Below, piece after piece: positions 20,694-30,387 of a stretch of 64,000 nt of DNA. Position 1 is the first letter of the stretch. Every line of letters starts with the position of its first letter. The translations under genes were made by a program, and so were the position numbers. This DNA comes from Clostridia bacterium (GTDB lineage Bacteria > Bacillota > Clostridia > Christensenellales > CAG-138): contig JAFXSG010000045.1 in the NCBI GenBank assembly GCA_017525875.1, positions 12,276-76,275 of the forward strand, read 5' to 3'. The notes beneath the pieces were generated by a model that saw nothing but the letters and a program-made list of their open reading frames with translations, was not told the origin of the DNA and did not search any database.

Positions 20694-21176
20694 GTGAAGA
20701 ATCATTTCCGCCGTGATATAATAATATGCGCTAATGCTATTACGCTGCTGGCCGTATGCATTATCTTATTGATACCTGCCTGCGCACCGAAGACGGATGA
20801 GCCGTTTGATGCTGAGGAAACACTAACGAGGCTTCTTGCAGAAGTAAAATATGCGGCTGACCTTGAGGATACAGGCGACTATGCCGAATATGCTTTTGCC
20901 GGCATGCCTGAGGGTGTGGAGATCAAGATGTACTCCTGCGGAGGCGGTCATGCGGATGCGGTCATCATGTGTAAAGCGAATGAATCCTCTGAATTCCCGG
21001 GGATCCGTAGCGCGCTGAAGGATTACATTGCGTCACGTCTGCATGACGCCGAGCGATATGATCCGAGGGAGGTCTCGAAGTACGATAACGCGATCTGGTG
21101 TGAAAGAGAGCTGTATGTTATTGTTTGCATAACTCGCGATAAAGAAACCGCAGAAGCGATCTTAAGTGGATCATGA
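20694..21176 (+). CDS. DUF4358-like lipoprotein
   Basis: GTG start after AGGGAGG and signal ending LLIPAC. Size and its pairing with a DHHW gene are typical of DUF4358. Confidence 0.55.
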   Translation: MKNHFRRDIIICANAITLLAVCIILLIPACAPKTDEPFDAEETLTRLLAEVKYAADLEDTGDYAEYAFAGMPEGVEIKMYSCGGGHADAVIMCKANESSEFPGIRSALKDYIASRLHDAERYDPREVSKYDNAIWCERELYVIVCITRDKETAEAILSGS

Positions 21177-22192
21177 ACGGAACGGAAAGAAAACCGAAAA
21201 AGCGATACGTGGTCTGGGTCTTACTGCTTATAATGCTGTTTCCCGCAGGATGCAGGGGAGCAAGAGAGGCAACTGTTGATTATGTCGCTTACAGCGGGGG
21301 TAAGCTTTTTCGCGTAGGCGATCGGGCGTATGAAGCTGTTGCCTATAACGAGAACACGGCTATGAAATACGCGGAGCTCATTGGAGAAGCGGCCGAGACG
21401 CTTTCGGGTAAAACGCGAGTTTACTCTCTCGTAATACCGACAGCATACGGTATAATGATGCCGGAAGCAGCAAAAGAGAGTGTCCCAAATTATACTGATA
21501 CCGAAGCATGCATCTCCGCCGTTTATACTGCCATGCCGGGAAGCGTCACAAAGGTTGCTGTCTGGGACAAGCTCATGGATCACCGCGGCGAGTTCATCTA
21601 TTTTCGCACGGACCACCATTGGACAGCTCGAGGGGCATATCTTGGCTACGAGGCGTTCTGCGAAGCGAAGGGCATTTCGCCCATACCGCTTGACGAGCAC
21701 CGCTCCGCAAGTTTCCCCGGCTTTCTGGGCTCATTCTATACTGAAAGCGTCGGCGATGAAAAGCTACTGCCGGAGGAGACCATCGAAGCGTTCTATCCAT
21801 TGTCCGATAACGCGACGCTCACAGTCACGGATGAGAACGGCAAAACAGAGATAAGACCTATAGTTGCCGATGTAAACGATCGACCCGCCTCAGCGAAGTA
21901 CATGACCTTCGCCGGAGGCAACAATCCCTTCACGGTGCTCGAAAACCACGCTGTGAATGACGGATCCGTTCTGATCCTTGTCAAGGAGAGTTTCGGGAAT
22001 CCCCTGCCGGCATTCCTCTGTGACCACTATTCGACGATCTACATCATAGACTATCGTTACTGGGACGGAAACATTATAGACTTTGCCCGGGAAGTCCATG
22101 CGGGCGATCTGCTTTTCGCAAACAGTGTCGTTGCCGTGAACACGGGAAGCAACGTGGGTTTTCTGGCAATGATGATCAAAAAAACTGGATAG
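21173..22192 (+). CDS. DHHW family protein (AlgJ/SGNH-like putative acyltransferase)
   Basis: Contains the family-defining FRTDHHWTARGAY motif and an N-terminal signal anchor. The start overlaps the upstream stop. Confidence 0.8.
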   Translation: MNGTERKPKKRYVVWVLLLIMLFPAGCRGAREATVDYVAYSGGKLFRVGDRAYEAVAYNENTAMKYAELIGEAAETLSGKTRVYSLVIPTAYGIMMPEAAKESVPNYTDTEACISAVYTAMPGSVTKVAVWDKLMDHRGEFIYFRTDHHWTARGAYLGYEAFCEAKGISPIPLDEHRSASFPGFLGSFYTESVGDEKLLPEETIEAFYPLSDNATLTVTDENGKTEIRPIVADVNDRPASAKYMTFAGGNNPFTVLENHAVNDGSVLILVKESFGNPLPAFLCDHYSTIYIIDYRYWDGNIIDFAREVHAGDLLFANSVVAVNTGSNVGFLAMMIKKTG

Positions 22193-22200
22193 GATATCAT

Positions 22201-22680
22201 ATGACTCAAAAAAAGACCGATTGGTTTTTCAACAGCATAACGGCTATGCAGGGCGATATGTTCGCCTATGCTTTCAGTATCACAAAATCGCGCGAAGACG
22301 CTGAGGACGCCGTCCATAACGCGGTCATAAAAGCGTTTAACAATCTGCCAAAGCTCAGGAACAGAGCGAAGTTCAGACCATGGCTGTTCAAAATACTGCG
22401 AAACGAATGCTTACTTTCGATGCGTTTCAGAAGGCGTTTTTCGCCGTTCACGGAGGATATCCCTGCTGAGCAAAAGGACTTGGAGACAAGTATCGATTTA
22501 AGCATAGCCGTCAGCGGTTTAAGCGAGGAGCTTCGCGAGATCGTGGTTCTGTATTACAAGATCGGCTATTCGACCGGCGAGATCGCCCAAATTCTCGATA
22601 TCCCTCGCGGTACAGTGATGAGCAGGCTAGCCCGCGCGAGGGAACTAATAGGATTTAGTCTTAAAGGAGAAAAACAATGA
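22201..22680 (+). CDS. ECF-type RNA polymerase sigma factor
   Basis: Region 2 (AEDAVHNAVIKAF...FRPWLFKILRNE) and region 4 (LREIVVLYYKIGYSTGEIAQILDIPRGTVMSRLARAR). Confidence 0.85.
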   Translation: MTQKKTDWFFNSITAMQGDMFAYAFSITKSREDAEDAVHNAVIKAFNNLPKLRNRAKFRPWLFKILRNECLLSMRFRRRFSPFTEDIPAEQKDLETSIDLSIAVSGLSEELREIVVLYYKIGYSTGEIAQILDIPRGTVMSRLARARELIGFSLKGEKQ

Positions 22681-24116
22681 CTTCAATAGATACGAAAATC
22701 AAGGAACAGATCGATGCGTTCGTTCCGCCTGTACCCGAAAGCTATACGCAAATGATCGAAAGCACTGTTGCGGAGCTCAGGGAGAGGACTCTCTCAGCTT
22801 CAAAACGCGGTAACAGTTTCGGAAGATACATTATTGCATTCGCGGCGATCATCACGGCTCTGCTTATTACATCGGTGGCCGTCTTCGGCGCTCGTCCCGC
22901 GCTTGCGGCGGAAGTGCCCGGTGTAAGTAACATCGTATATGCCGTATCTCCGCAAAAAGCTGTGAACGATTTGGGCCGTGAAAGGATCGAAGCCCTGCTG
23001 AATGATACATTCCGTTCCCTCGCTTTCTGCGATTATGAAGCGGCTTCGCCTTGTTTTCGCGCAGACAGCATTTCGGATCGTAGCAATTACCTTTCCGCGG
23101 CATATCTTAACTATCTTGTAGCGTTCGGCGACTTTTTCCCGAATGGTGCTAACGCCGCAAGAATCGAGATCAAGGATCTGCAGGCGGAACAGAAGGCTTT
23201 CAGATACACAGCTCATGTAACACTGAATCTTATTTCGAGGGACGGCACGAAGAAGAATACCGAGGATTGTACTGTTCAATTATGGGAAAACACAAAGGGC
23301 TTATACATAGAGAGTATTGGATTTGACTCTGCAGACTTTGAGTCGTATGTCACCATGTATGAAGGAATCTTCGGATCCGTCGCTTCCCATGGGGCAAGCC
23401 TTGATCTGATTCCGCTCGACACAGCTTATCTAAGCTATGTGCATGTTATTTCCGAACAGGAAGGCGCAAGACAAAGAGTGGATCGTCTGGAAAGCATGCG
23501 GAGAGAGCTTGACTCAGTCAACGCATCCTCCGATGAAAAGGCAATCAGAACAGCACTCATCAAGGCGGAGCTTGGAAAAGCAGAGGCGGAGATCACTCCC
23601 GAAGTAATCTCCGTTGAACAGCTCGCAACGGAGCTTATGTACCGCTACTGGCTTGGCGGAAAGACGGGAGAGGTTTTCGATTTCTCCGATATTATGGAGA
23701 GGAACGAAGAGACCGATCTGTTTTTCTGGGATGCAATTCTCGAAGCGGAGAAAGTTAAGCTGGGTGCGCTCAGACCTTTGGAATCGGTTGAATTGGGCAC
23801 GGCCCAGATCCTTGAAATTATAGAGGATACAGATGGGCTTATCGAAGCACGTTTCTATGTCCACACCGAGATCACCGATGGAATCAGTCAGGGCGTCGGC
23901 GAAGAGATCATACTGACTATCCGAAAGGATGACGCAGGGCTTATGATCGTCGGTTTTGACAGGGACATCGGAGACGGATTTTATACCTACAGCCTAAAGC
24001 CTCTTGCAAGACAGTATAAGGCTGCCGGCTATTCGTGGCAGGAAGCAGGACAGATGGCATACGACGTTCTGCACGAGCAGATCATCCGCGATGCTGAATG
24101 GCTGTCCAATCATTGA
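22677..24116 (+). CDS. putative anti-sigma factor / membrane protein with extracytoplasmic domain
   Basis: Overlaps the sigma-gene stop. Short cytoplasmic N-terminus, one TM (YIIAFAAIITALLITSVAVF) and a large external domain. Confidence 0.55.
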   Translation: MTSIDTKIKEQIDAFVPPVPESYTQMIESTVAELRERTLSASKRGNSFGRYIIAFAAIITALLITSVAVFGARPALAAEVPGVSNIVYAVSPQKAVNDLGRERIEALLNDTFRSLAFCDYEAASPCFRADSISDRSNYLSAAYLNYLVAFGDFFPNGANAARIEIKDLQAEQKAFRYTAHVTLNLISRDGTKKNTEDCTVQLWENTKGLYIESIGFDSADFESYVTMYEGIFGSVASHGASLDLIPLDTAYLSYVHVISEQEGARQRVDRLESMRRELDSVNASSDEKAIRTALIKAELGKAEAEITPEVISVEQLATELMYRYWLGGKTGEVFDFSDIMERNEETDLFFWDAILEAEKVKLGALRPLESVELGTAQILEIIEDTDGLIEARFYVHTEITDGISQGVGEEIILTIRKDDAGLMIVGFDRDIGDGFYTYSLKPLARQYKAAGYSWQEAGQMAYDVLHEQIIRDAEWLSNH

Positions 24117-24138
24117 AAAGCAGAAGGGAGATAAAAAG

Positions 24139-24897
24139 ATGAAACGAATCATAGCTTTTATAATCGTTTTCGCTGTGAGCTTTGCTGCGATTCTCTGCCT
24201 TACGTCATGCAAAGGGAAAGAATCAGAGCAGAATGTTACAGAGAATACCCCTGTGCCGGTTTCAGATACAACCGCTCCTGTTAGTGATACCTTAGCTCCG
24301 ACGGAAATCACAACGGAAGTACCTACCGAAATATCAACAGCGGAGCCGACCGCGGAACCTACTCCGGATCCGAATGAAAGGCCAGATACCGTTACGGTCG
24401 AATGGCTCGCGATGGAGCTTATGCGCCGATATAATACAGGCATTTATCTCACTCACGAGCTTGAGGATTACTCTAACATTATGGACAGAAACGAGGAAAC
24501 CGACCTGTTCTATTATGATAACCAGCTTGAGATAGACAGAATAAACCTCTATGGGCAGCATCGAAACGTACTCGAAGTAAATCGCGGAGAGTCGGGAATA
24601 CAAAGGATCATAAGTGAATCTGAGTCCGAGATCACTGTGGATGTTTATGTAACTACCCTTATTCCGGATGACGATCCGAATTCCGGTGACAGTGTAGGGA
24701 CCGATTTTCGTATCACTGTTGATAAGCAGCGCATGGTGATAGTTGCTTACGATCGGCCAAACGAGTGCGAGGGATACTATAGGAACGAGCTAAAGCCTCT
24801 TGCTCTGCGTTATCGCAACCAGGGTATGTCATGGCAGGACGCGGATAAAAAAGCGTATGATGAAATCTATGCACGGCTTGTCTCCAATGGATATTGA
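24139..24897 (+). CDS. lipoprotein, paralogous to the C-terminal domain of the preceding protein
   Basis: Start MKRIIAFIIVFAVSFAAILCLTSC (lipobox) after GAAGGGAG. It shares the DRNEETDLF...LKPLA..Y...G.SWQ block with 22677-24116. Confidence 0.65.
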   Translation: MKRIIAFIIVFAVSFAAILCLTSCKGKESEQNVTENTPVPVSDTTAPVSDTLAPTEITTEVPTEISTAEPTAEPTPDPNERPDTVTVEWLAMELMRRYNTGIYLTHELEDYSNIMDRNEETDLFYYDNQLEIDRINLYGQHRNVLEVNRGESGIQRIISESESEITVDVYVTTLIPDDDPNSGDSVGTDFRITVDKQRMVIVAYDRPNECEGYYRNELKPLALRYRNQGMSWQDADKKAYDEIYARLVSNGY

Positions 24898-25109
24898 AAC
24901 GAGCAGAGGTTAATAAGAACCTTATACTATAAGCATATAAAAGAGGTTTCGCTCACGATTTATGCGAAACCCCTATTGTATTTGCGGAATATTTAGGAAT
25001 TTTGCTTACGTTTTTACCGGAAGCTGTTTTTGTAGATCTGCAGGAAGTATGATACATCCTTACATTGTTCCTCAATGTCAGCATCTAATCCTTCCGGCAT
25101 ATCCAGACC

Positions 25110-25415
25110 TTATGTCGAATAAAACCTGTAGTCCTGTTTTGATATTGGATCAAGGTTAAATGCAGCTTGGATCGCCGATATCCCTACAGCATAGTCCTTA
25201 ATGAACGCTTCCCAGGCTTTTTCCGTATCCCTAAACACCGGCCTGCCCAGACTGTTTTCCCCAATTTGATACGCCTCGTTATCGGAGCTTATAAAGCTGC
25301 CCTTAAGCGCCGATGTATCATAGTCGCCGACGACGCGGGCATACTTTGAATTCGTGCATGAAGCAAATAACAGCACGCAGGCAAGCAAAAGTGTAATTGC
25401 AATATGCTTTTTCAT
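25110..25415 (-). CDS. small lipoprotein
   Basis: MKKHIAITLLLACVLLFASC lipobox. The start overlaps the upstream stop. Confidence 0.6.
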   Translation of the reverse strand: MKKHIAITLLLACVLLFASCTNSKYARVVGDYDTSALKGSFISSDNEAYQIGENSLGRPVFRDTEKAWEAFIKDYAVGISAIQAAFNLDPISKQDYRFYST

Positions 25416-26494
25416 GTTCCGTCCACCTCAAGAACGCCATCTACAACTCTGCCGATATTAAAGATCTTTGCGCCATCTTCCGTCAGTGTAAAATCCAGAC
25501 CATCAGTATCGTTTCCGCACAATGCATTGTTTATCATCTCGATTCGATACGTTATCTGTATGGCCAGCTTCATGGCCTCTTCCTCGCTGAGCTCCGTGTA
25601 TGTTTTTCGCACATGTGAATACATCACATTAAGCGTTTCCTCACGGTCAAACGGAACGATAAAGTCTTCATAGGAATACGTGACCGTTTCCATAAGCTCT
25701 TTAGAACACTTGCCGTTATCAGGGCCGTCAAATCCAATTACGATCCCGTCTTCCGGAAGGACGCGCCCGTAGTCTTCGACAGAGGCCATTCTTGCTCCGC
25801 TGAATGTTGTGTGATCGTTATATGAGATCCCTCCGTCGCTGCTAACGATGATCTGCGACAAGAACACGGTGCTTTGCTTGCCTTCGCTCGTGTCGGCCGT
25901 AAATACCGCTTTATCATATCTCGAGCCGAGTTCGAGGATGACGTCAGCCGCATATACTCCATTGCCACAGGAGGCCGTTTTAGCAGAAACGGCTTCGGCA
26001 TCGTTGTTTGAGGGATAAAAACTGATCACGCCGTCGCATGCAGCATTTGATGTGAAAATCAAGCTATACTTCCCATCCGCTGAATAGTAACCCAAGGGAA
26101 AATTCTCGACAGTCAAAGCTTTCGAAGCTTTTTCCGATAGGGGACCGCTATTGCCGTGCGGCAACGCGTATCTGCCAAGCAAAAATCCCGCTGTGCCTAC
26201 AGCCAGACAGACCGCTGCGGCAATAAGCACTCGGAGGAACGAAGGCCGTTTCGCTTTCGGAAGCTTCGGCGCTTCCAGTATGATGGGTTCAATCCTGACT
26301 TCTCTTCCGGTAAGCTCGTCAAGGCTGGTGCCAAGGACGTCAGAAAGCCTTAATAGCTTTTCGGAGTCGGGCAGGCACTCGCCGTTTTCCCACCGGCTTA
26401 CAGACTGACGGCTTACAGAAAGCTTTTCCGCAAGGTCGTCCTGCGTCATTCCAAGCTCCTTACGTCTTTTCATAAGCATTTCGTTGAACAGCAT
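25412..26494 (-). CDS. XRE-family HTH regulator with TM helix and extracytoplasmic domain
   Basis: RKELGMTQDDLAEKLSVSRQSVSRWENG HTH, then TM VLIAAAVCLAVGTAGFLLG. Confidence 0.75.
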   Translation of the reverse strand: MLFNEMLMKRRKELGMTQDDLAEKLSVSRQSVSRWENGECLPDSEKLLRLSDVLGTSLDELTGREVRIEPIILEAPKLPKAKRPSFLRVLIAAAVCLAVGTAGFLLGRYALPHGNSGPLSEKASKALTVENFPLGYYSADGKYSLIFTSNAACDGVISFYPSNNDAEAVSAKTASCGNGVYAADVILELGSRYDKAVFTADTSEGKQSTVFLSQIIVSSDGGISYNDHTTFSGARMASVEDYGRVLPEDGIVIGFDGPDNGKCSKELMETVTYSYEDFIVPFDREETLNVMYSHVRKTYTELSEEEAMKLAIQITYRIEMINNALCGNDTDGLDFTLTEDGAKIFNIGRVVDGVLEVDGT

Positions 26495-26625
26495 GATTTC
26501 ACCTCTTTCAGTTCGTTGGGTAAAGTGTTCGGTCGTTTACGATGAAAGCATACCATTTCATGCCGCTGCAGTCAATCAAATGCGCTTTACATTTGCGCAC
26601 GTGCAGATTGCGTTTTACAATAACG

Positions 26626-27945
26626 CTAGTTTCTATTTACCTTCGCACGTCTTGTCACGCTCACGGCTATGGCTATTGCCGTGATGACGGCGATAACGGA
26701 TATGATGGCGATGAGGATAGTCCAGTACTGACCCTGGGTGTTGACCTTGGCGGGTTCGGGAGTGGCGGCAGGCTCCTGCGCCTGATAGGGAAACAGGGCG
26801 ACGTTGAAAACGCGGCTTTCTTCATATTGTTTGCCGCTTTCGTCCTGATAGGTGATACGATAGGTCACGGGAAGCGTGCCGTCGGAATTGAGGTAGTTCG
26901 CGGCGGAGTAGAAATACGCCGTGATCATCCCCGCAGCGGTCTCGCCGGGCTGGATCGATTTATAATACACCTTGAGCGTCGATTCCTCCGAATAGACGCC
27001 CTGACCTTCGATGGAGACGAACACGTCGTACACGGGAGTGCCGCCGGTGTTGTAGACGTTCGCGGAAATGCTTACGGGCGTATCCTCGATGACGCCATCC
27101 GAAAGGTCGGGCTCGTCGAAGGTGATAGAGGTAGAGGATCGCACATCGACGAAAAAGCTCTCGCACGATTCCATTGCATTTCCGTCTGGCGAACGGTAGG
27201 AAAGCTCGATGTTAACACAAAATCTACCGGCGGAGGCATCCCGGCTCAAATGCAGAGGCAACTCCACATCGCGGCTCTCGCCTGCGGGAAAATCGTCAAG
27301 GAGCATGGAATGGGTGCTGCCGACGGGAACAAGCGAGGGAGATTCCGAGGAGTATTGGAGCTTAACGCCGGAGGCAGTCACGCCGCCGATGTTCCTGATC
27401 GTCACCTTAGCTGTGAAATCGCTGCCCGCCTCAATGTTTTCGGGACAAACGACGTCGGCAATATAAAAATCAACGTAGTTCGAGCCGCTCTGTGAGGCGG
27501 AACCATCGGAAGCAATGGTTGCGTAAACCGTGAAGCTGCCTGCCGTTCCGTCGGAAGTCGTCACGTTGAACGTCACGGGATAGACGCCGTTGACCGGGTT
27601 ATCCAACAGCTTAAGCCTGAGGTCGATAACGAAAACGGCTTTACTGTTCCGCTTCACGGTCATGTTGTAGTTCCCGTAGACGAAAGGACATGATGAGACG
27701 TCGCCCAGATCGGGAACGACTGTGAGCGTCGAACCCGTGCCGCCCTTCAATGGGAGCACAATGCGAACTTCACCGTTTTCAACGGTGGGGATATAGCCCT
27801 CCGAATAGGAGCAGGTCATGCCGTCATAGACGGTCTTCGTATCTATATAGAGCTCGCCCTCCGCTGCGGCGGGAACAGCCGCAATGCAAAGAAGAAATAC
27901 GGAAAACAATACCGAAATAAGCCTTTTGATCTTCATGCTTTTCAC
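26626..27945 (-). CDS. cell-surface protein with repeated beta-sandwich (CARDB/COG1361-like) domains and C-terminal TM anchor
   Basis: Signal peptide ...AAVPAAAEG, repeated NIGG/NTGG...V motifs and C-terminal TM WTILIAIISVIAVITAIAIAV. Confidence 0.55.
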   Translation of the reverse strand: MKSMKIKRLISVLFSVFLLCIAAVPAAAEGELYIDTKTVYDGMTCSYSEGYIPTVENGEVRIVLPLKGGTGSTLTVVPDLGDVSSCPFVYGNYNMTVKRNSKAVFVIDLRLKLLDNPVNGVYPVTFNVTTSDGTAGSFTVYATIASDGSASQSGSNYVDFYIADVVCPENIEAGSDFTAKVTIRNIGGVTASGVKLQYSSESPSLVPVGSTHSMLLDDFPAGESRDVELPLHLSRDASAGRFCVNIELSYRSPDGNAMESCESFFVDVRSSTSITFDEPDLSDGVIEDTPVSISANVYNTGGTPVYDVFVSIEGQGVYSEESTLKVYYKSIQPGETAAGMITAYFYSAANYLNSDGTLPVTYRITYQDESGKQYEESRVFNVALFPYQAQEPAATPEPAKVNTQGQYWTILIAIISVIAVITAIAIAVSVTRRAKVNRN

Positions 27946-27948
27946 CCC

Positions 27949-28587
27949 TTACCTGATCTTCGTCAGCACGCCCGCATCCATCTCGCAGGCGGTATCGCAG
28001 AGCTCGTCGATATCGGCTACGTTATGGCTGGCGATGAGTATGGTGCGCTCCGGATCCTTCAGGCTTCGTATAAGCTCGCGAATCTCCTTGACGCCGTGCT
28101 TGTCAAGGCCGTTCGTCGGCTCGTCCAGTATCAGGATTCGGGGCTTTTCCATGATGGCCTGCGCGATGCCGAGGCGTTGGCGCATACCGAGCGAATACTT
28201 GCCGACGGGCTTCCTTGAAGTCGGATCGAGCCCGACTCTGCGTATCACATCCGCGATCTCGGTGAGGGTAAGCTTTCCCCTTATCGACGCCAGCATCTCA
28301 AGGTTCTTTAGCCCGGAGAACTGCGGCAGAAACCCCGGAGCCTCGATGATTATGCCTATGCTTTCGGGAAAATCCCGTTCGCGGCCTATGCGTTTGCCCT
28401 CGACCGTCACCTTGCCGCCGGTCGGGTTCAGAAACCCGCAGATGCATTTGAACATGACCGTTTTGCCGGAGCCGTTGTTGCCGACTATCCCGTGGATCAT
28501 GCCCTTCTCAAAGCTGTGCGTTATTCCGTGAAGGACGCGGTCGCGCCTGAAATCCATTGTAAGGTTTTCTATCTCGATCGAATTCAT
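27949..28587 (-). CDS. ABC transporter ATP-binding protein
   Basis: GNNGSGKT Walker A, YSLGMRQR signature, LILDEPTNGLD Walker B. Confidence 0.9.
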   Translation of the reverse strand: MNSIEIENLTMDFRRDRVLHGITHSFEKGMIHGIVGNNGSGKTVMFKCICGFLNPTGGKVTVEGKRIGRERDFPESIGIIIEAPGFLPQFSGLKNLEMLASIRGKLTLTEIADVIRRVGLDPTSRKPVGKYSLGMRQRLGIAQAIMEKPRILILDEPTNGLDKHGVKEIRELIRSLKDPERTILIASHNVADIDELCDTACEMDAGVLTKIR

Positions 28588-28602
28588 ATCGTCACCCCTT
28601 AA

Positions 28603-30387
28603 CTAATTGCTGTCTCCCGCAGTAAAGCTGAAGCTGTATCTCCGTATCGCCAAAAGCGTGAGCACGAACAGCACGAGTATCAGCCCTCCGAAGATCAGAT
28701 TCGACTGTGCGAGCGTTGGTAAAAGGTCATAGCCGAAGTTATGCATATGATACGTCGCGTGGTTTAATGGAGAGATCCAGCCCATTATCACGTTCGCGCG
28801 GTACTGCATGTAATCCGGCAGCTTGAGCACGGTCATGAGTGTCTGCGGGTTAAGGATATAGCCGTATAGCGAGAACGCCAGCACCGCCGCCATGCCCGTC
28901 GCGCGGCTTTTGAGTATATTGAAAAGCAGCAGTATAGAGCCGACGAGCAGCGAATAAAGCAGCATTTCAACGAATATCGCCCCTGTTGCGGCGGCGGGCG
29001 TGCTCATTTCGAGCGTCTTTACGAACACGGGCAGCAGTATGCTTTTTCCCGTGCCGGAGTACCCAAGCAGCGCCGCCGTCTCCGACCACATATTGCCGGG
29101 GAAGCTGTTCTGCATGCAGATGAGCATCGTGACTGCCAGCACGAAGCAGCAGTAGATCACGGTGACGAGCGCCATATAGAGCATCTGCCCGAGGAGCCAC
29201 GTCCGCCGCTTCATGCGGATGAGGTAATACGGTACGCCCGCACTCAGGTTCGGCATATCGGAGAACAAAAGAAGGAGCATCAGGCTGATGAGCAGTATGC
29301 TGTTGCTGTCCCCGAAGGTCCAGACGAACGGCTCGAACATCTGCGTTGTCGTCCGATAGGTGTACGCGAAGGTCGTCACCTTGTTGGAGAGCAGGAAGCA
29401 GAGTATCGCGGTGAAAGCGAATGTGAGTATGATCCTCGGCCCCGTGCGCCATGAGCTGAAATTACACCTCGCGGCGGTGAGCACTTCGGAGAAGTCCCCG
29501 AGTATGCCCTTTCGGGGCATGCGGAGCCGGTTCCGTTCAGTGAGCTTTATGGGCTTGTCGCTGTAATGCGCGCCGCTTCTGTCTGCATTTCCGTCGATCT
29601 TCGCCGCGATCGCAAAGTATGCGGCGAGCATTGCCGCAAGCGCAGTCAGAGAAGATATCACGGCAGGTGAGCCGCCCCAATCGCCCGAAGCCGTGATATA
29701 GTTCTTCGGGTTCAGCACGAGCACGTCCCGGAAGTACCGCTCGGCTATTATGACGAGCACGTAGTAGCAGATGAACGGCGATATGTACGCGAGAAACTTG
29801 TTCATGCCCGCTGTGCCGGCTAAAAGCGCAAGCGCGCTCCACAGCGCGGCGGCGGGAAGACAGCGGAGCATAATTTCAAGATTACTTCCGAAAAGCTCTG
29901 CCGCCGCTCTCTGCTCGTCCGCAAGCTCGAAAGCCTTCTGGAGGGGCATGTGGTAGGCGTAGATGCCGAAATAGACGAGCCCAAGCCCGACGGTGACGGC
30001 CAGCACGGAGGCCAAAGCGCAAGAGCAAAGCTTCGATACGGCATAACTCCTTTTCGATACGAGCGGGAGATACTGCTTTATATAGCCGCTCTTCACGTCC
30101 TCGATAACTGCGGTCGAGAAGGGCAGAGCCGCTGCTATAGGCAGAACGGCAAGAAGCATATCGTTCGAAAGCGCTTTCGCCATTACCGTGTGCGCGAATA
30201 AGGAATCGAGCGCGCCTCCGTGCTGCCGGAAATATCGCATCGTCTCAATGTATGTGGAATCGGTCAGCACCGCCGTGAGCACGGCTCCGGCTATTAGCAC
30301 TGCCGCAGCGAGCCAACGGAAGGAGAATACGCTCCGGCGAATATCGGTAATAAACTGCCGCAAGATAATGCACCCCTTCGGCATCAA
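28603..30387 (-). CDS. polytopic membrane protein, putative ABC permease
   Basis: 594 aa with about 12 hydrophobic segments. It sits between a lipoprotein gene and the ABC ATPase; its start overlaps the upstream stop. Confidence 0.55.
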   Translation of the reverse strand: MMPKGCIILRQFITDIRRSVFSFRWLAAAVLIAGAVLTAVLTDSTYIETMRYFRQHGGALDSLFAHTVMAKALSNDMLLAVLPIAAALPFSTAVIEDVKSGYIKQYLPLVSKRSYAVSKLCSCALASVLAVTVGLGLVYFGIYAYHMPLQKAFELADEQRAAAELFGSNLEIMLRCLPAAALWSALALLAGTAGMNKFLAYISPFICYYVLVIIAERYFRDVLVLNPKNYITASGDWGGSPAVISSLTALAAMLAAYFAIAAKIDGNADRSGAHYSDKPIKLTERNRLRMPRKGILGDFSEVLTAARCNFSSWRTGPRIILTFAFTAILCFLLSNKVTTFAYTYRTTTQMFEPFVWTFGDSNSILLISLMLLLLFSDMPNLSAGVPYYLIRMKRRTWLLGQMLYMALVTVIYCCFVLAVTMLICMQNSFPGNMWSETAALLGYSGTGKSILLPVFVKTLEMSTPAAATGAIFVEMLLYSLLVGSILLLFNILKSRATGMAAVLAFSLYGYILNPQTLMTVLKLPDYMQYRANVIMGWISPLNHATYHMHNFGYDLLPTLAQSNLIFGGLILVLFVLTLLAIRRYSFSFTAGDSN

